A stretch of DNA of 64,000 bases, taken from NCBI GenBank assembly GCA_021462845.1, contig JAJTXU010000001.1, positions 1,583 to 65,582 on the forward strand. Direction: 5' to 3'. The position numbers were made by a program, and so were the translations under genes. Below, piece after piece: positions 19,742 to 28,344 of the stretch. Every line of letters begins with the position of its first letter. The stretch's first letter is position 1. The stretch comes from Anaerolineales bacterium (GTDB lineage: Bacteria > Chloroflexota > Anaerolineae > Anaerolineales > Villigracilaceae). A model generated the notes under the pieces. It was given only the letters and a program-made list of their open reading frames with translations. It was not told the DNA's origin and did no database searches.

Positions 19742-21049
19742 ATGCCCCGGTCTTTGCTTCTCGGCTTCATCACATACGGCCTTCTGCTGGCAGGTATTGC
19801 CACTGTGCGCGGCGAGTTCATCGCGCTTGCGCTCCCTCTTGTGATCTATCTGCTCGCGGGATTTTTATTTTCTCCCGACACAGTCAACCTCGAAGCCACG
19901 CGGCATCTTAGCGCGGAGCGCGCATCGCCCGGCGCTGAAGTGACCGTGACGGTGACGGTCGTCAATCGCGGCGACTCCCTCGACGAAGTGTTGATCGAAG
20001 ATTTTTTACCGGCGGATTTAACCCTCCGCCCTTCGACAGGCTCAGGACAGCGCTTCGGGCACACGGGACATCTGATTCGCCTGCGGAAAGATTCATCGTT
20101 CACGTTTAGTTATCGCGTGGCGGGACCGCGCGGGGGCTACGGGTTTGAATCCGTGCGGGCGCAGGTCAACGATTTCCTACGGACGACCAGCCGCACTGTC
20201 GAGTTGGAGGCGAAGGGACAGTTGTTCATCTTCCCGCCGGTGACTCGTCTCCGTCACGTGGCAATCCGTCCGCGTCGGACGAGAGTTTACGCGGGGATGA
20301 TTCCCGCGCGCGTTGGCGGCTCAGGCACAGAATTCTTTGGCGTCCGCGAATATCAGCCCGGCGACTCTCCGCGCGCCATCAACTGGCGGGCAAGCGCGCA
20401 TCATGCGGATGCGGATATGCTGTACGCGAATGAATTTCAGCAGGAACGCGCCGCCGATGTGGGCGTCATTTTGGATGGGCGTTTACGAACGAATGAGTTT
20501 TCGCGCGGGCATTCGTTGTTCGAATATTCGGTGCAAGCGGCGGCGGCATTGAGCGACGCCCTGCTCGCGCAGGGGAACCGCGTGGGCTTGCTGGTGTATG
20601 CGGCGTTTTTGCGGTGGACGATCCCGGGCTATGGAAAATTTCAACGCGAGAAAATCTTGTTTTCGCTGGCGCACGCGCGTCCCGGCGGCAGTAACGTGTT
20701 TGCCGATCTCGAACATTTGCCGACGCGGTTGTTTCCGCCAGAGTCTCAGATCATCCTGGTCTCGCCATTGCACGAGGATGACTTGAGTCCGTTGGTGCAA
20801 TTGCGCGCGCGAGGGTATCAGGTGCTGGTCGTCTGCCCGAACCCGGTGAAGTTTGAGTTATCGTACCTGCCGAAGAATAAAAATGTAGAGCTCGCCGCTC
20901 GGGTCATTCGCATGGAACGCGCCATACTCTTGCAAAAAATACAGCGCGCAGGGATTCAAGTGTTGGATTGGGACGTGGCGGAACCGTTCGATCAGGTTGT
21001 GAAGCGGAAGCTGAGTCGTCCACCCGGTTTTTTACGCAGTACGCATTAA
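19742..21049 (+). CDS. DUF58 domain protein
   Basis: GSGTEFFGVREYQPGDSPRAINWRASA, VILDG, GNRVGLL. Confidence 0.92.
   Translation: MPRSLLLGFITYGLLLAGIATVRGEFIALALPLVIYLLAGFLFSPDTVNLEATRHLSAERASPGAEVTVTVTVVNRGDSLDEVLIEDFLPADLTLRPSTGSGQRFGHTGHLIRLRKDSSFTFSYRVAGPRGGYGFESVRAQVNDFLRTTSRTVELEAKGQLFIFPPVTRLRHVAIRPRRTRVYAGMIPARVGGSGTEFFGVREYQPGDSPRAINWRASAHHADADMLYANEFQQERAADVGVILDGRLRTNEFSRGHSLFEYSVQAAAALSDALLAQGNRVGLLVYAAFLRWTIPGYGKFQREKILFSLAHARPGGSNVFADLEHLPTRLFPPESQIILVSPLHEDDLSPLVQLRARGYQVLVVCPNPVKFELSYLPKNKNVELAARVIRMERAILLQKIQRAGIQVLDWDVAEPFDQVVKRKLSRPPGFLRSTH
20029..20052 (+). repeat. In-frame repeat-derived insert CCCTTCGACAGGCTCAGGACAGCG (encodes PSTGSGQR)
   Basis: 16 of 17 nt identical to the reverse complement of the intergenic element at 10565-10581. 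Confidence 0.7.
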
Positions 21050-21086
21050 GCAGTACTATACTTCGCACCGCGTATTGCGTATCTCG

Positions 21087-21114
21087 TAACTTGCAACTTG
21101 TAACTTGCAACTTG
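21087..21114. repeat. Heptamer tandem repeat (YAACTTG)x4
   Basis: TAACTTG CAACTTG TAACTTG CAACTTG. Confidence 0.85.
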
Positions 21115-21133
21115 CAACTCTATTGAGGTTGAA

Positions 21134-21628
21134 TTGACTCTCATTGCTTTTGTCCTCAGTGTGATCCTTGCTTGCGCCTCGCTTGCCTACGGATTCTCAC
21201 AAGCCGGCATGATTGATCCCGCGCGCTGGTTCGTCCTGCTCGGCATCGTTTGGATTCTCTCGCACTGGCGAAAACTGTATTGGGTTTCCTCGTTGGCGTT
21301 CGCTATCGCGATTCTCGGCGCGGCGTATGGTGTGTGGAATAACTTCACCACGATCTGGATGCTTCTCGGCGCGCTCGGCGGTTTGCTCGGCTGGGACCTC
21401 TCCGATTTTGCCCGCCGCCTCAGCTACGCCGCCCCGACGGATGATATTCGCGGCATGGAACGTCGCCACCTGACGCGGACGGCCATCGTCGCCGCATTGG
21501 GGTTTGGCATCGCGCTGTTGAGCTTGGTGATTCGGATCAATAGGCTCGCGTTTGAGGTGGCAGTAGGGTTGGTATTGCTAGCCGCGTTCGGTCTCACGCG
21601 GTTGGTGATTCGGTTGAGGAAGCATTAA
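21134..21628 (+). CDS. Membrane protein, last gene of the MoxR operon
   Basis: GAGG RBS before TTG; multiple TM helices; GWDL motif. Confidence 0.75.
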   Translation: MTLIAFVLSVILACASLAYGFSQAGMIDPARWFVLLGIVWILSHWRKLYWVSSLAFAIAILGAAYGVWNNFTTIWMLLGALGGLLGWDLSDFARRLSYAAPTDDIRGMERRHLTRTAIVAALGFGIALLSLVIRINRLAFEVAVGLVLLAAFGLTRLVIRLRKH

Positions 21629-21771
21629 AGCAACTGCTTGCGCTATGTACGCGCGGGCGAGCGTAGACAAGAACCCAAGAACGTGAAAAACTTTAAGCCG
21701 TGTTTCGCAAAATACTTCTCGAAGCCGTAGCTCATCGCTGTTCGCTGTGCTGGGTGACGCTTGACTATTAA
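21627..21771 (-). other. Possible degenerate attC-like site
   Basis: About 145 nt directly after the CPBP stop; ends ...TAGCGCAAGCAGTTGC; 5' end reads TAGT rather than TAAC and the arms pair poorly. Confidence 0.3.
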
Positions 21772-22662
21772 CTAGGCATCCACGTTTTTATCTTTGACGA
21801 CTTTGTTGATAACAATATAAATGAAAAACGCTTTTAGGGCGGTAAAAAGAATATCTAATAAATCTCCCGACCGAGCGGCGCTTACTGTGTTAATGAGCAA
21901 GCCCGCGTTATATTCTTCAGGTATGGAAGGGTCATACACAATAAAAACAGTCCAAAAATTATGAGCAAAATGGACGCCGAGAGGAATTTCTAATCCATTG
22001 GTTAACACAACCATTAATCCTAAAATAACCCCTACTCCAAGAAAATATAGCAAAGTGTAAACATTAGTCGCTGTGTGTCCCCACATGAAAAGAAGTGAAG
22101 AGGCTGCAATGGCAAGATACTTATTCCGTAACACCAGCCAGCTTAATTGTAACAAGTAGCCGCGGTGTATCAATTCCTCTAATAAAGCCTGCAAACTAAA
22201 AAATATCAGGAAGCCGATCGTGAAATTCGCCAACTTGGCAATCTCAACTTGGTTGAACTTGTAAAAATGAGGTTGGTTCCAAACATGATAGCCAGTTTCG
22301 ATCAATGAGAAAAAAAGATAGCCGGTAAAGGCTATAAAAACAATCTTCCAGGAAAAATAAGCTTTGGATGTAATTAAGGTCAATGGGCGTCTTTTATGTA
22401 AGAAGCGCACACAAAGGAATACGCCAATGATGGTAATGGCATAGATAACTATCATTGGCAAAAAGTAACCAAAAGGACCAATGCCTGTAATAATAAACTC
22501 GTCAGAATCAAAAGTAATATTTGGCAAATTGATAAAATTTAGTATTTCAAAGACGAATGTAAACAGAAAACCCGCGAGAAAGCACAGGAAAATTAAAATA
22601 AACGCTAATAGATAGCGCCACCAGGAATTCTTGCCTGTTGTTACTAAATTCAGGAATTCCAT
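21772..22662 (-). CDS. CPBP (Abi/CAAX protease-like) intramembrane glutamic endopeptidase, AT-rich
   Basis: EELIHRGY, FMWGH, GVHFAHN motifs; sampled 60-nt lines are 25-40% GC against 70% in a line of the adjacent gene. Confidence 0.9.
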   Translation of the reverse strand: MEFLNLVTTGKNSWWRYLLAFILIFLCFLAGFLFTFVFEILNFINLPNITFDSDEFIITGIGPFGYFLPMIVIYAITIIGVFLCVRFLHKRRPLTLITSKAYFSWKIVFIAFTGYLFFSLIETGYHVWNQPHFYKFNQVEIAKLANFTIGFLIFFSLQALLEELIHRGYLLQLSWLVLRNKYLAIAASSLLFMWGHTATNVYTLLYFLGVGVILGLMVVLTNGLEIPLGVHFAHNFWTVFIVYDPSIPEEYNAGLLINTVSAARSGDLLDILFTALKAFFIYIVINKVVKDKNVDA

Positions 22663-22786
22663 ATATTATGTATATACCTGTTTTGTAAATTTAACGATTT
22701 AAAACATCCGCTTCACTTTTGTGCTTGCAATCTTAAATATTCATCTTCTACAACCAAAATGCTGCATAACGTCTTATCTCTATCAA

Positions 22787-23236
22787 TTATATTCTCAATC
22801 CATCCTGCTCCTCGGTCGTCTTAAACTCGTACATCACCGTTTCTTCTTCAGAAAAACTTCCCCCAACCGACTCGTACAACCCATTCGCGGCGGCGTTGTT
22901 TTTGTCGGTCAGTACCCATGCGTTGACACAGCCGAGTCCCTTTCCCAATTTCAACATTTCATTCATGATCGCCTTGCCAATTCCCTTGCCTTGATGTGAC
23001 GCCGCGACGCCGACTTCGTTGATCCACAACTCGGGCGGTTTATCGGGGTGAATGTAGTGAACGGCAGACGCGAAGCCAATCACTGTGCCGTCAACCAGCG
23101 CAACAACAATGTGATGACGCGGGTCCGCGAGAAATTCGCGCGCGAGGGATTCGTCTACGGGATTGTCGAAGACATTGTCCGCGGCGTTGAGTAAAAGATG
23201 GAGATCATCGCTCGATAAGATTTTCGTTGTGAACAT
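22787..23236 (-). CDS. GNAT family N-acetyltransferase
   Basis: INEVGVAASHQGKGIGKAI (acetyl-CoA motif A), NAAANGLYES. Confidence 0.9.
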   Translation of the reverse strand: MFTTKILSSDDLHLLLNAADNVFDNPVDESLAREFLADPRHHIVVALVDGTVIGFASAVHYIHPDKPPELWINEVGVAASHQGKGIGKAIMNEMLKLGKGLGCVNAWVLTDKNNAAANGLYESVGGSFSEEETVMYEFKTTEEQDGLRI

Positions 23237-23240
23237 ATTC

Positions 23241-24170
23241 CTACAACACCTTTTTCAACTCAGCCAAATCTTCATCGGATAATTTCCATTCGACCTTCTT
23301 CGCGTTCTCGCTGACCTGTTCGGGAGTCGTCGCGCCCGCGATGACGGATGGAATCGTTCGCTTACTGAGCAACCAGCTAAAAGCGAGGTCGTGAAGCGTG
23401 TGTCCGCGCGAGTCGGCAAAAGAGCGGAGCGCATCCAGTTTGTCGAAGTTCGCATCGGTGAGTCGATTCTTCACATACGGGCTGAACGTGCCGCGCGATC
23501 CTTCGGGAGGCGCTTCGCCGCGCGTATATTTTCCAGTGAGCAGACCGCCCGCAAGCGGAAAATACGGCAGGATGCCCACGTTCGTCCACGCGCAATAGGG
23601 GATGAGTTCGCGCTCGGCGTCGCGCTCGAGCAAGTTGTAATGCGTTTGGATCGTGACGAATTGCTCCCAGCCCATCATCTCGGCGAGCGTGTTGCTGTGC
23701 GCCAATTGCCACGCCGAAAATTGACTCGCGCCGATGTAACGGACTTTGCCCGCGCGGACGAGATCGTCGAGCGCGCGCAGAGTCTCCTCGATGGGAACCG
23801 ATTCGTCCCACGCGTGAATTTGATACAGATCAATGTGATCTGTCCCAAGCCTCAGCAGACTCGCCTCGACCGCGTTCAGGATGTGATACCGCGACGCGCC
23901 GACATCGTTCGGTCCTTCGCCCATTTTGAAGCGGACTTTCGTCGCGACCACGACGCGCTCCCTTTCGCCTTTCAACGCCGCGCCGAGAAATTCCTCCGAT
24001 GCGCCGTTGCTGTACACGTTCGCCGTGTCGAAAAAATTGATGCCCTCATCCAACGCGCGATGGACGATGGCTTTCGTCCCAGCTGCGTCCACTTTGCCGC
24101 CGAACTGGTTGCATCCGATTCCAATGGCGGATACTTTCACTCCTGCCTTGCCGAGATTGCGATATTCCAT
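23241..24170 (-). CDS. Aldo/keto reductase
   Basis: YRNLGKAG, FFDTANVY, VVATK, DLYQIH, VRYIGAS, YFPLAGGLLTGKY. Confidence 0.93.
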   Translation of the reverse strand: MEYRNLGKAGVKVSAIGIGCNQFGGKVDAAGTKAIVHRALDEGINFFDTANVYSNGASEEFLGAALKGERERVVVATKVRFKMGEGPNDVGASRYHILNAVEASLLRLGTDHIDLYQIHAWDESVPIEETLRALDDLVRAGKVRYIGASQFSAWQLAHSNTLAEMMGWEQFVTIQTHYNLLERDAERELIPYCAWTNVGILPYFPLAGGLLTGKYTRGEAPPEGSRGTFSPYVKNRLTDANFDKLDALRSFADSRGHTLHDLAFSWLLSKRTIPSVIAGATTPEQVSENAKKVEWKLSDEDLAELKKVL

Positions 24171-24206
24171 TGATGATTCCTCAAATTGTATAAGTATTTC
24201 ACATTA

Positions 24207-24289
24207 CATGTCATGCTGAGCGGAGCGAAGCATCTCTACCACGACATAAGAGACCCTTCGTGGCGCGAGGCGCCACTCAGGGTGACATG
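24207..24289. repeat. CATGTCATGCTGAG...CTCAGGGTGACATG repeat
   Basis: Terminal inverted repeats; same family as 13771-13872, 47986-48037 and 10560-10593. Confidence 0.85.
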
Positions 24290-24301
24290 CTTGTAATTTT
24301 A

Positions 24302-24844
24302 TTATAGTCTTTCCAGCCATGCTTCCACCTCACGCGGATTTTTGAAATGGATCAATTTCAAATGCCGATGTTCTGGCATGGACAACAATTTTGGCGTTTC
24401 CCACTTTCTGCGCCAATAGGTTGCGAACAGCCAATGGAAAAGCGAATCTTTCGACCAAAATTTGAAGTGAACCCAAAACGGTTCGCGGTTCGTGCCCCAT
24501 AAAAGTTCTTGAGTCCACCAGCGATTGAAGGTGCGGCGGGTGAGTTGATTCAGAACCAGCAAGAAAGGATAATCCAGCCAGATGACCGCTTCGGCTCTTG
24601 TCCACACCAGATCGCGGACGACGCTGTAATTTCCCGCCACGATCCAACGTTCAGCCTGAGTCGCCGCGCGGACGCGTTCGCGGAACACGTCGAGCGGAGC
24701 CTCCTGCCAGTTCGGTTCCCAGTGAAGCGCGTCGAGTTCGATGAAGGTGAGGTCGAATCGCGTGGCGATTCTTTCCGCGAGCGTGGATTTGCCCGAACTC
24801 GTCGTGCCGATCACAACGAGGCGATGAAATGGAAATTGAGGCAT
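24302..24844 (-). CDS. P-loop kinase, adenylate kinase/topology modulation (FlaR-like) family
   Basis: VIGTTSSGKSTLA, ELDALHWEPNW, WIVAGNYS, VIWLDYP. Confidence 0.85.
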   Translation of the reverse strand: MPQFPFHRLVVIGTTSSGKSTLAERIATRFDLTFIELDALHWEPNWQEAPLDVFRERVRAATQAERWIVAGNYSVVRDLVWTRAEAVIWLDYPFLLVLNQLTRRTFNRWWTQELLWGTNREPFWVHFKFWSKDSLFHWLFATYWRRKWETPKLLSMPEHRHLKLIHFKNPREVEAWLERL

Positions 24845-24894
24845 AAGGGCTTTTAACCGCGAAGGGCGCTAAGACCGCGAAGAAAAACTTTATT

Positions 24895-25013
24895 AGGACT
24901 TAAGCAAAACCCCGAGACCAAGCCGCGAATTTCGCTAATTCACGCGAATTGATTAAAAAATTCGTGATAATTCGTGTAATTCGCGGCAAAAGATTTTGAC
25001 CTGCGTAAGTCAT
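24895..25013. mobile_element. MITE-like element AGGACTTAMGCA...TGCGTAAGTCAT, nested in an ACCGCGAAG inverted-repeat element (about 24855-25052)
   Basis: 12-bp imperfect terminal inverted repeats; inverted sister copy at 44422-44539. Confidence 0.7.
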
Positions 25014-25063
25014 GTTTATTATTCTTGGTGCGCTTCGCGCGCTTAGCGGTAAATATTTTTTTG

Positions 25064-26125
25064 CTATCTCACATAAATGGGATTGCTGAACACCCAGCCG
25101 CGTTTTCTGCCGAGGTAACTTCGATAGACTTCCACGCGATAGACGCCAGGCTCGTTGACGTTGTGCGTGGCGGCGTAGGAGTTTTTCCACACGCCGATTC
25201 GTTGACGATCTTTGATGAGATGAATATCCGATGGAATTGGCGTGTGCGCGTGTAACGTCACCCCGCCTTTGACGGAAATCTCCTCGCCCATGATCGCGGA
25301 TTGGTTGAGTCCCTTGGCTTTGAAGGTGAATCCTTTTGTCGGTGCGGGCAGATCGTACGCGACGAAACATCGTCCTGCGGCGAGCGAGTCGTAGATCATT
25401 TTCTTGTCGGTGGGGACGTCTCCCGTCAGCGGCTGTGGGATAAATACATGCGTGTTGATCGTCTTGAAGTGAAACTCATACGGGAAGATGACGCGATGCA
25501 ACGCTCCCATGCTCATGTGCATGGCGTGCGCGTCTGAGCCGCCGATGGCAACGATGGGACGTCCGTGCGAGAGTAATTCGTCCCAGCGACTCAATGTTTC
25601 GCGGATCGGGTTGTAGCCGATGAACTGCGGAAAAAATGCGTAGAACAAGCCGTGCAATTTTGTCGGCACGACCGTTTTGAGTTCGCTCAACCCGTTCCAG
25701 AGTTCGATGCCGGTGAAATTTTGCACATCCCAGTCTTCCCATGAGATGTCCGTTTCATAGAAGGCGGGGGCTTCGGGGTCTTTGGGGTGGGCAATGAAAC
25801 AGATCCCGCCCGCGTCGCGGACTCCGTTGATGAGTGTCTGCGGATTCTCGGCGAGGGCAGAGAGGTCGCGCTCGGCGTTAAAGATGAGGAGGTGATTCTT
25901 TTGGGGAGCGCGGGCTTGGTCGTGGACTTCCTGTCCAACGAGAAGCAGGACTCCCCGTGGTCCGACGCGGTAGTATCCTTCCACGCCGCGGACGAGCACG
26001 TTGTGATCCGTCACGATGACCGCATCCAGCCCGGTTTGGATCGCGGCGTTGGCGATATCCTTGTGCGTGCCGCTCCCGTCGGAGTAGCGCGTGTGCATGT
26101 GTAAATTGACGATTATTTCGCGCAT
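25064..26125 (-). CDS. PHP-domain (CehA/McbA-like) metallohydrolase
   Basis: NLHMHTRYSDG, TDHN, GQEVH, AHP, GIELWNG, GGSDAH. Confidence 0.88.
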   Translation of the reverse strand: MREIIVNLHMHTRYSDGSGTHKDIANAAIQTGLDAVIVTDHNVLVRGVEGYYRVGPRGVLLLVGQEVHDQARAPQKNHLLIFNAERDLSALAENPQTLINGVRDAGGICFIAHPKDPEAPAFYETDISWEDWDVQNFTGIELWNGLSELKTVVPTKLHGLFYAFFPQFIGYNPIRETLSRWDELLSHGRPIVAIGGSDAHAMHMSMGALHRVIFPYEFHFKTINTHVFIPQPLTGDVPTDKKMIYDSLAAGRCFVAYDLPAPTKGFTFKAKGLNQSAIMGEEISVKGGVTLHAHTPIPSDIHLIKDRQRIGVWKNSYAATHNVNEPGVYRVEVYRSYLGRKRGWVFSNPIYVR

Positions 26126-26142
26126 GAAACCTCATAAACAAC

Positions 26143-26175
26143 ACCCTTGCGAAGGTTTCAAACCTTGGCAAGGGT
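26143..26175. repeat. 33-bp palindrome
   Basis: ACCCTTGCGAAGGTTT-C-AAACCTTGGCAAGGGT; same family as 16607-16639. Confidence 0.8.
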
Positions 26176-26188
26176 TCAAGCCCAGTGT

Positions 26189-26218
26189 TTGACGTATTTT
26201 CCGCCCAGCGGGTATAAT
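26189..26218 (+). promoter_or_regulatory. Sigma70-type promoter of secG
   Basis: TTGACG-N18-TATAAT. Confidence 0.65.
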
Positions 26219-26249
26219 GACCCCGCTTAATAAAAGGAGGCAGTATTTC

Positions 26250-26471
26250 ATGGAAGTATATTTGGACTATGCGCTGATTATAATCTCAGTGCTTCTTATC
26301 ACCAGCGTCATCCTGCAGAGCAAGGGCGCGGGGCTTGGCGGCTTGACCGGCGCCGATGTAGGCAGTGTCTTCACCGCCCGCCGCGGCATCGAGCGCACAT
26401 TATTCTGGGTCACAATTGTCTTGAGCGTTATTTTCTTCGGGCTTGTGATCGCGCTCTTGATCATATCGTAA
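26250..26471 (+). CDS. secG: Preprotein translocase subunit SecG
   Basis: AGGAGG RBS; ILQSKGAGLGGLTG...ARRGIERTL with two TM helices. Confidence 0.92.
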   Translation: MEVYLDYALIIISVLLITSVILQSKGAGLGGLTGADVGSVFTARRGIERTLFWVTIVLSVIFFGLVIALLIIS

Positions 26472-26570
26472 GCAAACGCTCACTCTCTCAAAGGGCCCGT
26501 TTGAATCCGCGCGGCAGAGCGCGCGAGGTAGAACGAGCCTTTATTTTTGCATGACCAAATTTCCCCAAGC

Positions 26571-28268
26571 ATGAAACAATTACGCTGGCAAATCCTGGTG
26601 GTACTCGTCACCCTGGTGATCGCGGCTGTGTTGCTAGTCAGTCAGCAATCGCAGGATACGACCGTAGGCGGGCCGATCGTCTCGCAACCGGAACAAGGAG
26701 GCGTGTATACCGAGGCGCTGATAGGGTCGTTGGGGCGGTTGAATCCGCTGCTGGACTGGAACAACTCCGCCGACCGCGACGTGAACCGGCTCATCTTCAG
26801 CGGGCTTGTCCGCTTTGATGAGCATGGTATCCCTCGCGCCGATCTGGCGGAGGCATGGGGCGTGGCGCCGGATGGCACTGTGTACAACTTTACGATCCGC
26901 GCGAACGCGGCTTGGCACGATGGAACTCCGGTCACCAGCGACGATGTGCTCTTCACGATCGAGCGGATGAAAAGCGCCGGGTCGCTTGTGCCGCAGGACA
27001 TCAAGGACCTTTGGGGGCGTATTGAAGTCGCAAAGCTCAATGATAAAAACCTCAAGTTCACACTCCCCGAGCCGTACGTTCCATTCATGGATTATCTGAC
27101 TTTTGGCGTCTTGCCGAAACACCTGCTCGAGTCGATTCCGCCGGAGCAAATGCCAGACGCGCAATTCAACATCCAGCCGGTTGGCACGGGCCCGTATAAG
27201 TTCGATCACCTCATTGTGGAGGGGAATCAAATCACTGGCGTGGTGTTGACGATCAATGAAAAATATTACAACGCCGCGCCCTACATTGAGCAAGTGGTAT
27301 TCCGCTACTACGAAACATCTGCCGACGCATTGGATGCCTACAATCAAGGCGATGTGTTGGCGGTCAGCCGCCTTACGGGTGATTCCCTGCTAGCCGCTCT
27401 TGAAGAACCAAACCTTGCGGTGTATACCAGCCAACTACCTCAGATGAGTTTCGTGCTTTTCAACCTCAACAATCCTGAAGTGACCTTTTTACAGGATGCC
27501 AAGGTGCGGCGCGCTCTCATGCTGGGACTGAATCGCTCCACCATCGTCAACAAATTTCTACAAGGACAGGCGATCATCGCCCACAGCCCGATCTTGCCGA
27601 GTTCATGGGCATTTTTTGACGGCACCGACCATTTCGAATACGATCCTGAAACCGCCGCGTCCATCCTCAAAGCGGAGGGCTACGTGATTCCCGCCGGCGG
27701 AGGCGAAACGCGCTCGAAGGATGGCGTGCCGATGAAGTTCACAATGCTTCACCCAGACGATGCGCTTCACTCTCAGATCGCCGAAACGATTCAAACGCAA
27801 TGGGCAAAGATCGGCGTCCGTGTGGAATTGCAGGCGATGCCCTACGACCAGCTCGTCTTGAACTCGCTCGCTTCACGCGCCTATCAATCTGCTCTCGTGG
27901 ACCTCAACCTTTCACGCACCCCCGACCCCGACCCGTATCCGTTCTGGCATCAAGCCGAAGCCGCCAGCGGACAAAACTACTCCGGGTGGGATAACCGTCC
28001 AGCCAGCGAATACCTCGAGCAGGCGCGCGTCACTGCCGATTATTCGTTGCGCACGCGTTTGTATCGCAACTTTCAGGTGATCTTTGCAAAGGAATTACCC
28101 GCATTGCCGCTATATATTCCCGTGTACTCCTATGGCGTGGACGCGCAAGTGCAGGGCGTGCAAGTCGCGCCGTTGTACGATCCCAGCGACCGCTTCGCCA
28201 CGTTCACGCAATGGTATTTGTTGACCCGCCGCGCGTTGCAACAGGGAACTGCTACTCCCTCGCCGTAA
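26571..28268 (+). CDS. Peptide ABC-type substrate-binding protein (family 5), N-terminal membrane anchor, no adjacent permease
   Basis: GRLNPL, LIFSGLVRFD, YNFTIRANAAWHDGTPVTSDDVLFT, PVGTGPYKF. Confidence 0.88.
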   Translation: MKQLRWQILVVLVTLVIAAVLLVSQQSQDTTVGGPIVSQPEQGGVYTEALIGSLGRLNPLLDWNNSADRDVNRLIFSGLVRFDEHGIPRADLAEAWGVAPDGTVYNFTIRANAAWHDGTPVTSDDVLFTIERMKSAGSLVPQDIKDLWGRIEVAKLNDKNLKFTLPEPYVPFMDYLTFGVLPKHLLESIPPEQMPDAQFNIQPVGTGPYKFDHLIVEGNQITGVVLTINEKYYNAAPYIEQVVFRYYETSADALDAYNQGDVLAVSRLTGDSLLAALEEPNLAVYTSQLPQMSFVLFNLNNPEVTFLQDAKVRRALMLGLNRSTIVNKFLQGQAIIAHSPILPSSWAFFDGTDHFEYDPETAASILKAEGYVIPAGGGETRSKDGVPMKFTMLHPDDALHSQIAETIQTQWAKIGVRVELQAMPYDQLVLNSLASRAYQSALVDLNLSRTPDPDPYPFWHQAEAASGQNYSGWDNRPASEYLEQARVTADYSLRTRLYRNFQVIFAKELPALPLYIPVYSYGVDAQVQGVQVAPLYDPSDRFATFTQWYLLTRRALQQGTATPSP

Positions 28269-28273
28269 AAAGC

Positions 28274-28324
28274 GTAGTAACGACTTCAGTCGTTATGTGT
28301 AAGGGCGACTTAAGTCGCCACTAC
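28274..28324. repeat. GTAG-type REP doublet
   Basis: GTAGTAACGACTTCAGTCGTT...GCGACTTAAGTCGCCACTAC; sister copy 41513-41570. Confidence 0.8.
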
Positions 28325-28344
28325 AATATAATTTGGAGAACACC

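Noticed and set aside
22787-23236. Aminoglycoside acetyltransferase resistance gene
   Set aside because: Only generic GNAT motifs are visible and its composition is close to the host; substrate cannot be assigned
26472-26546. SRP RNA or a riboswitch after secG
   Set aside because: The SRP helix-8 motif is absent and the region is too short for known classes; treated as an unassigned hairpin
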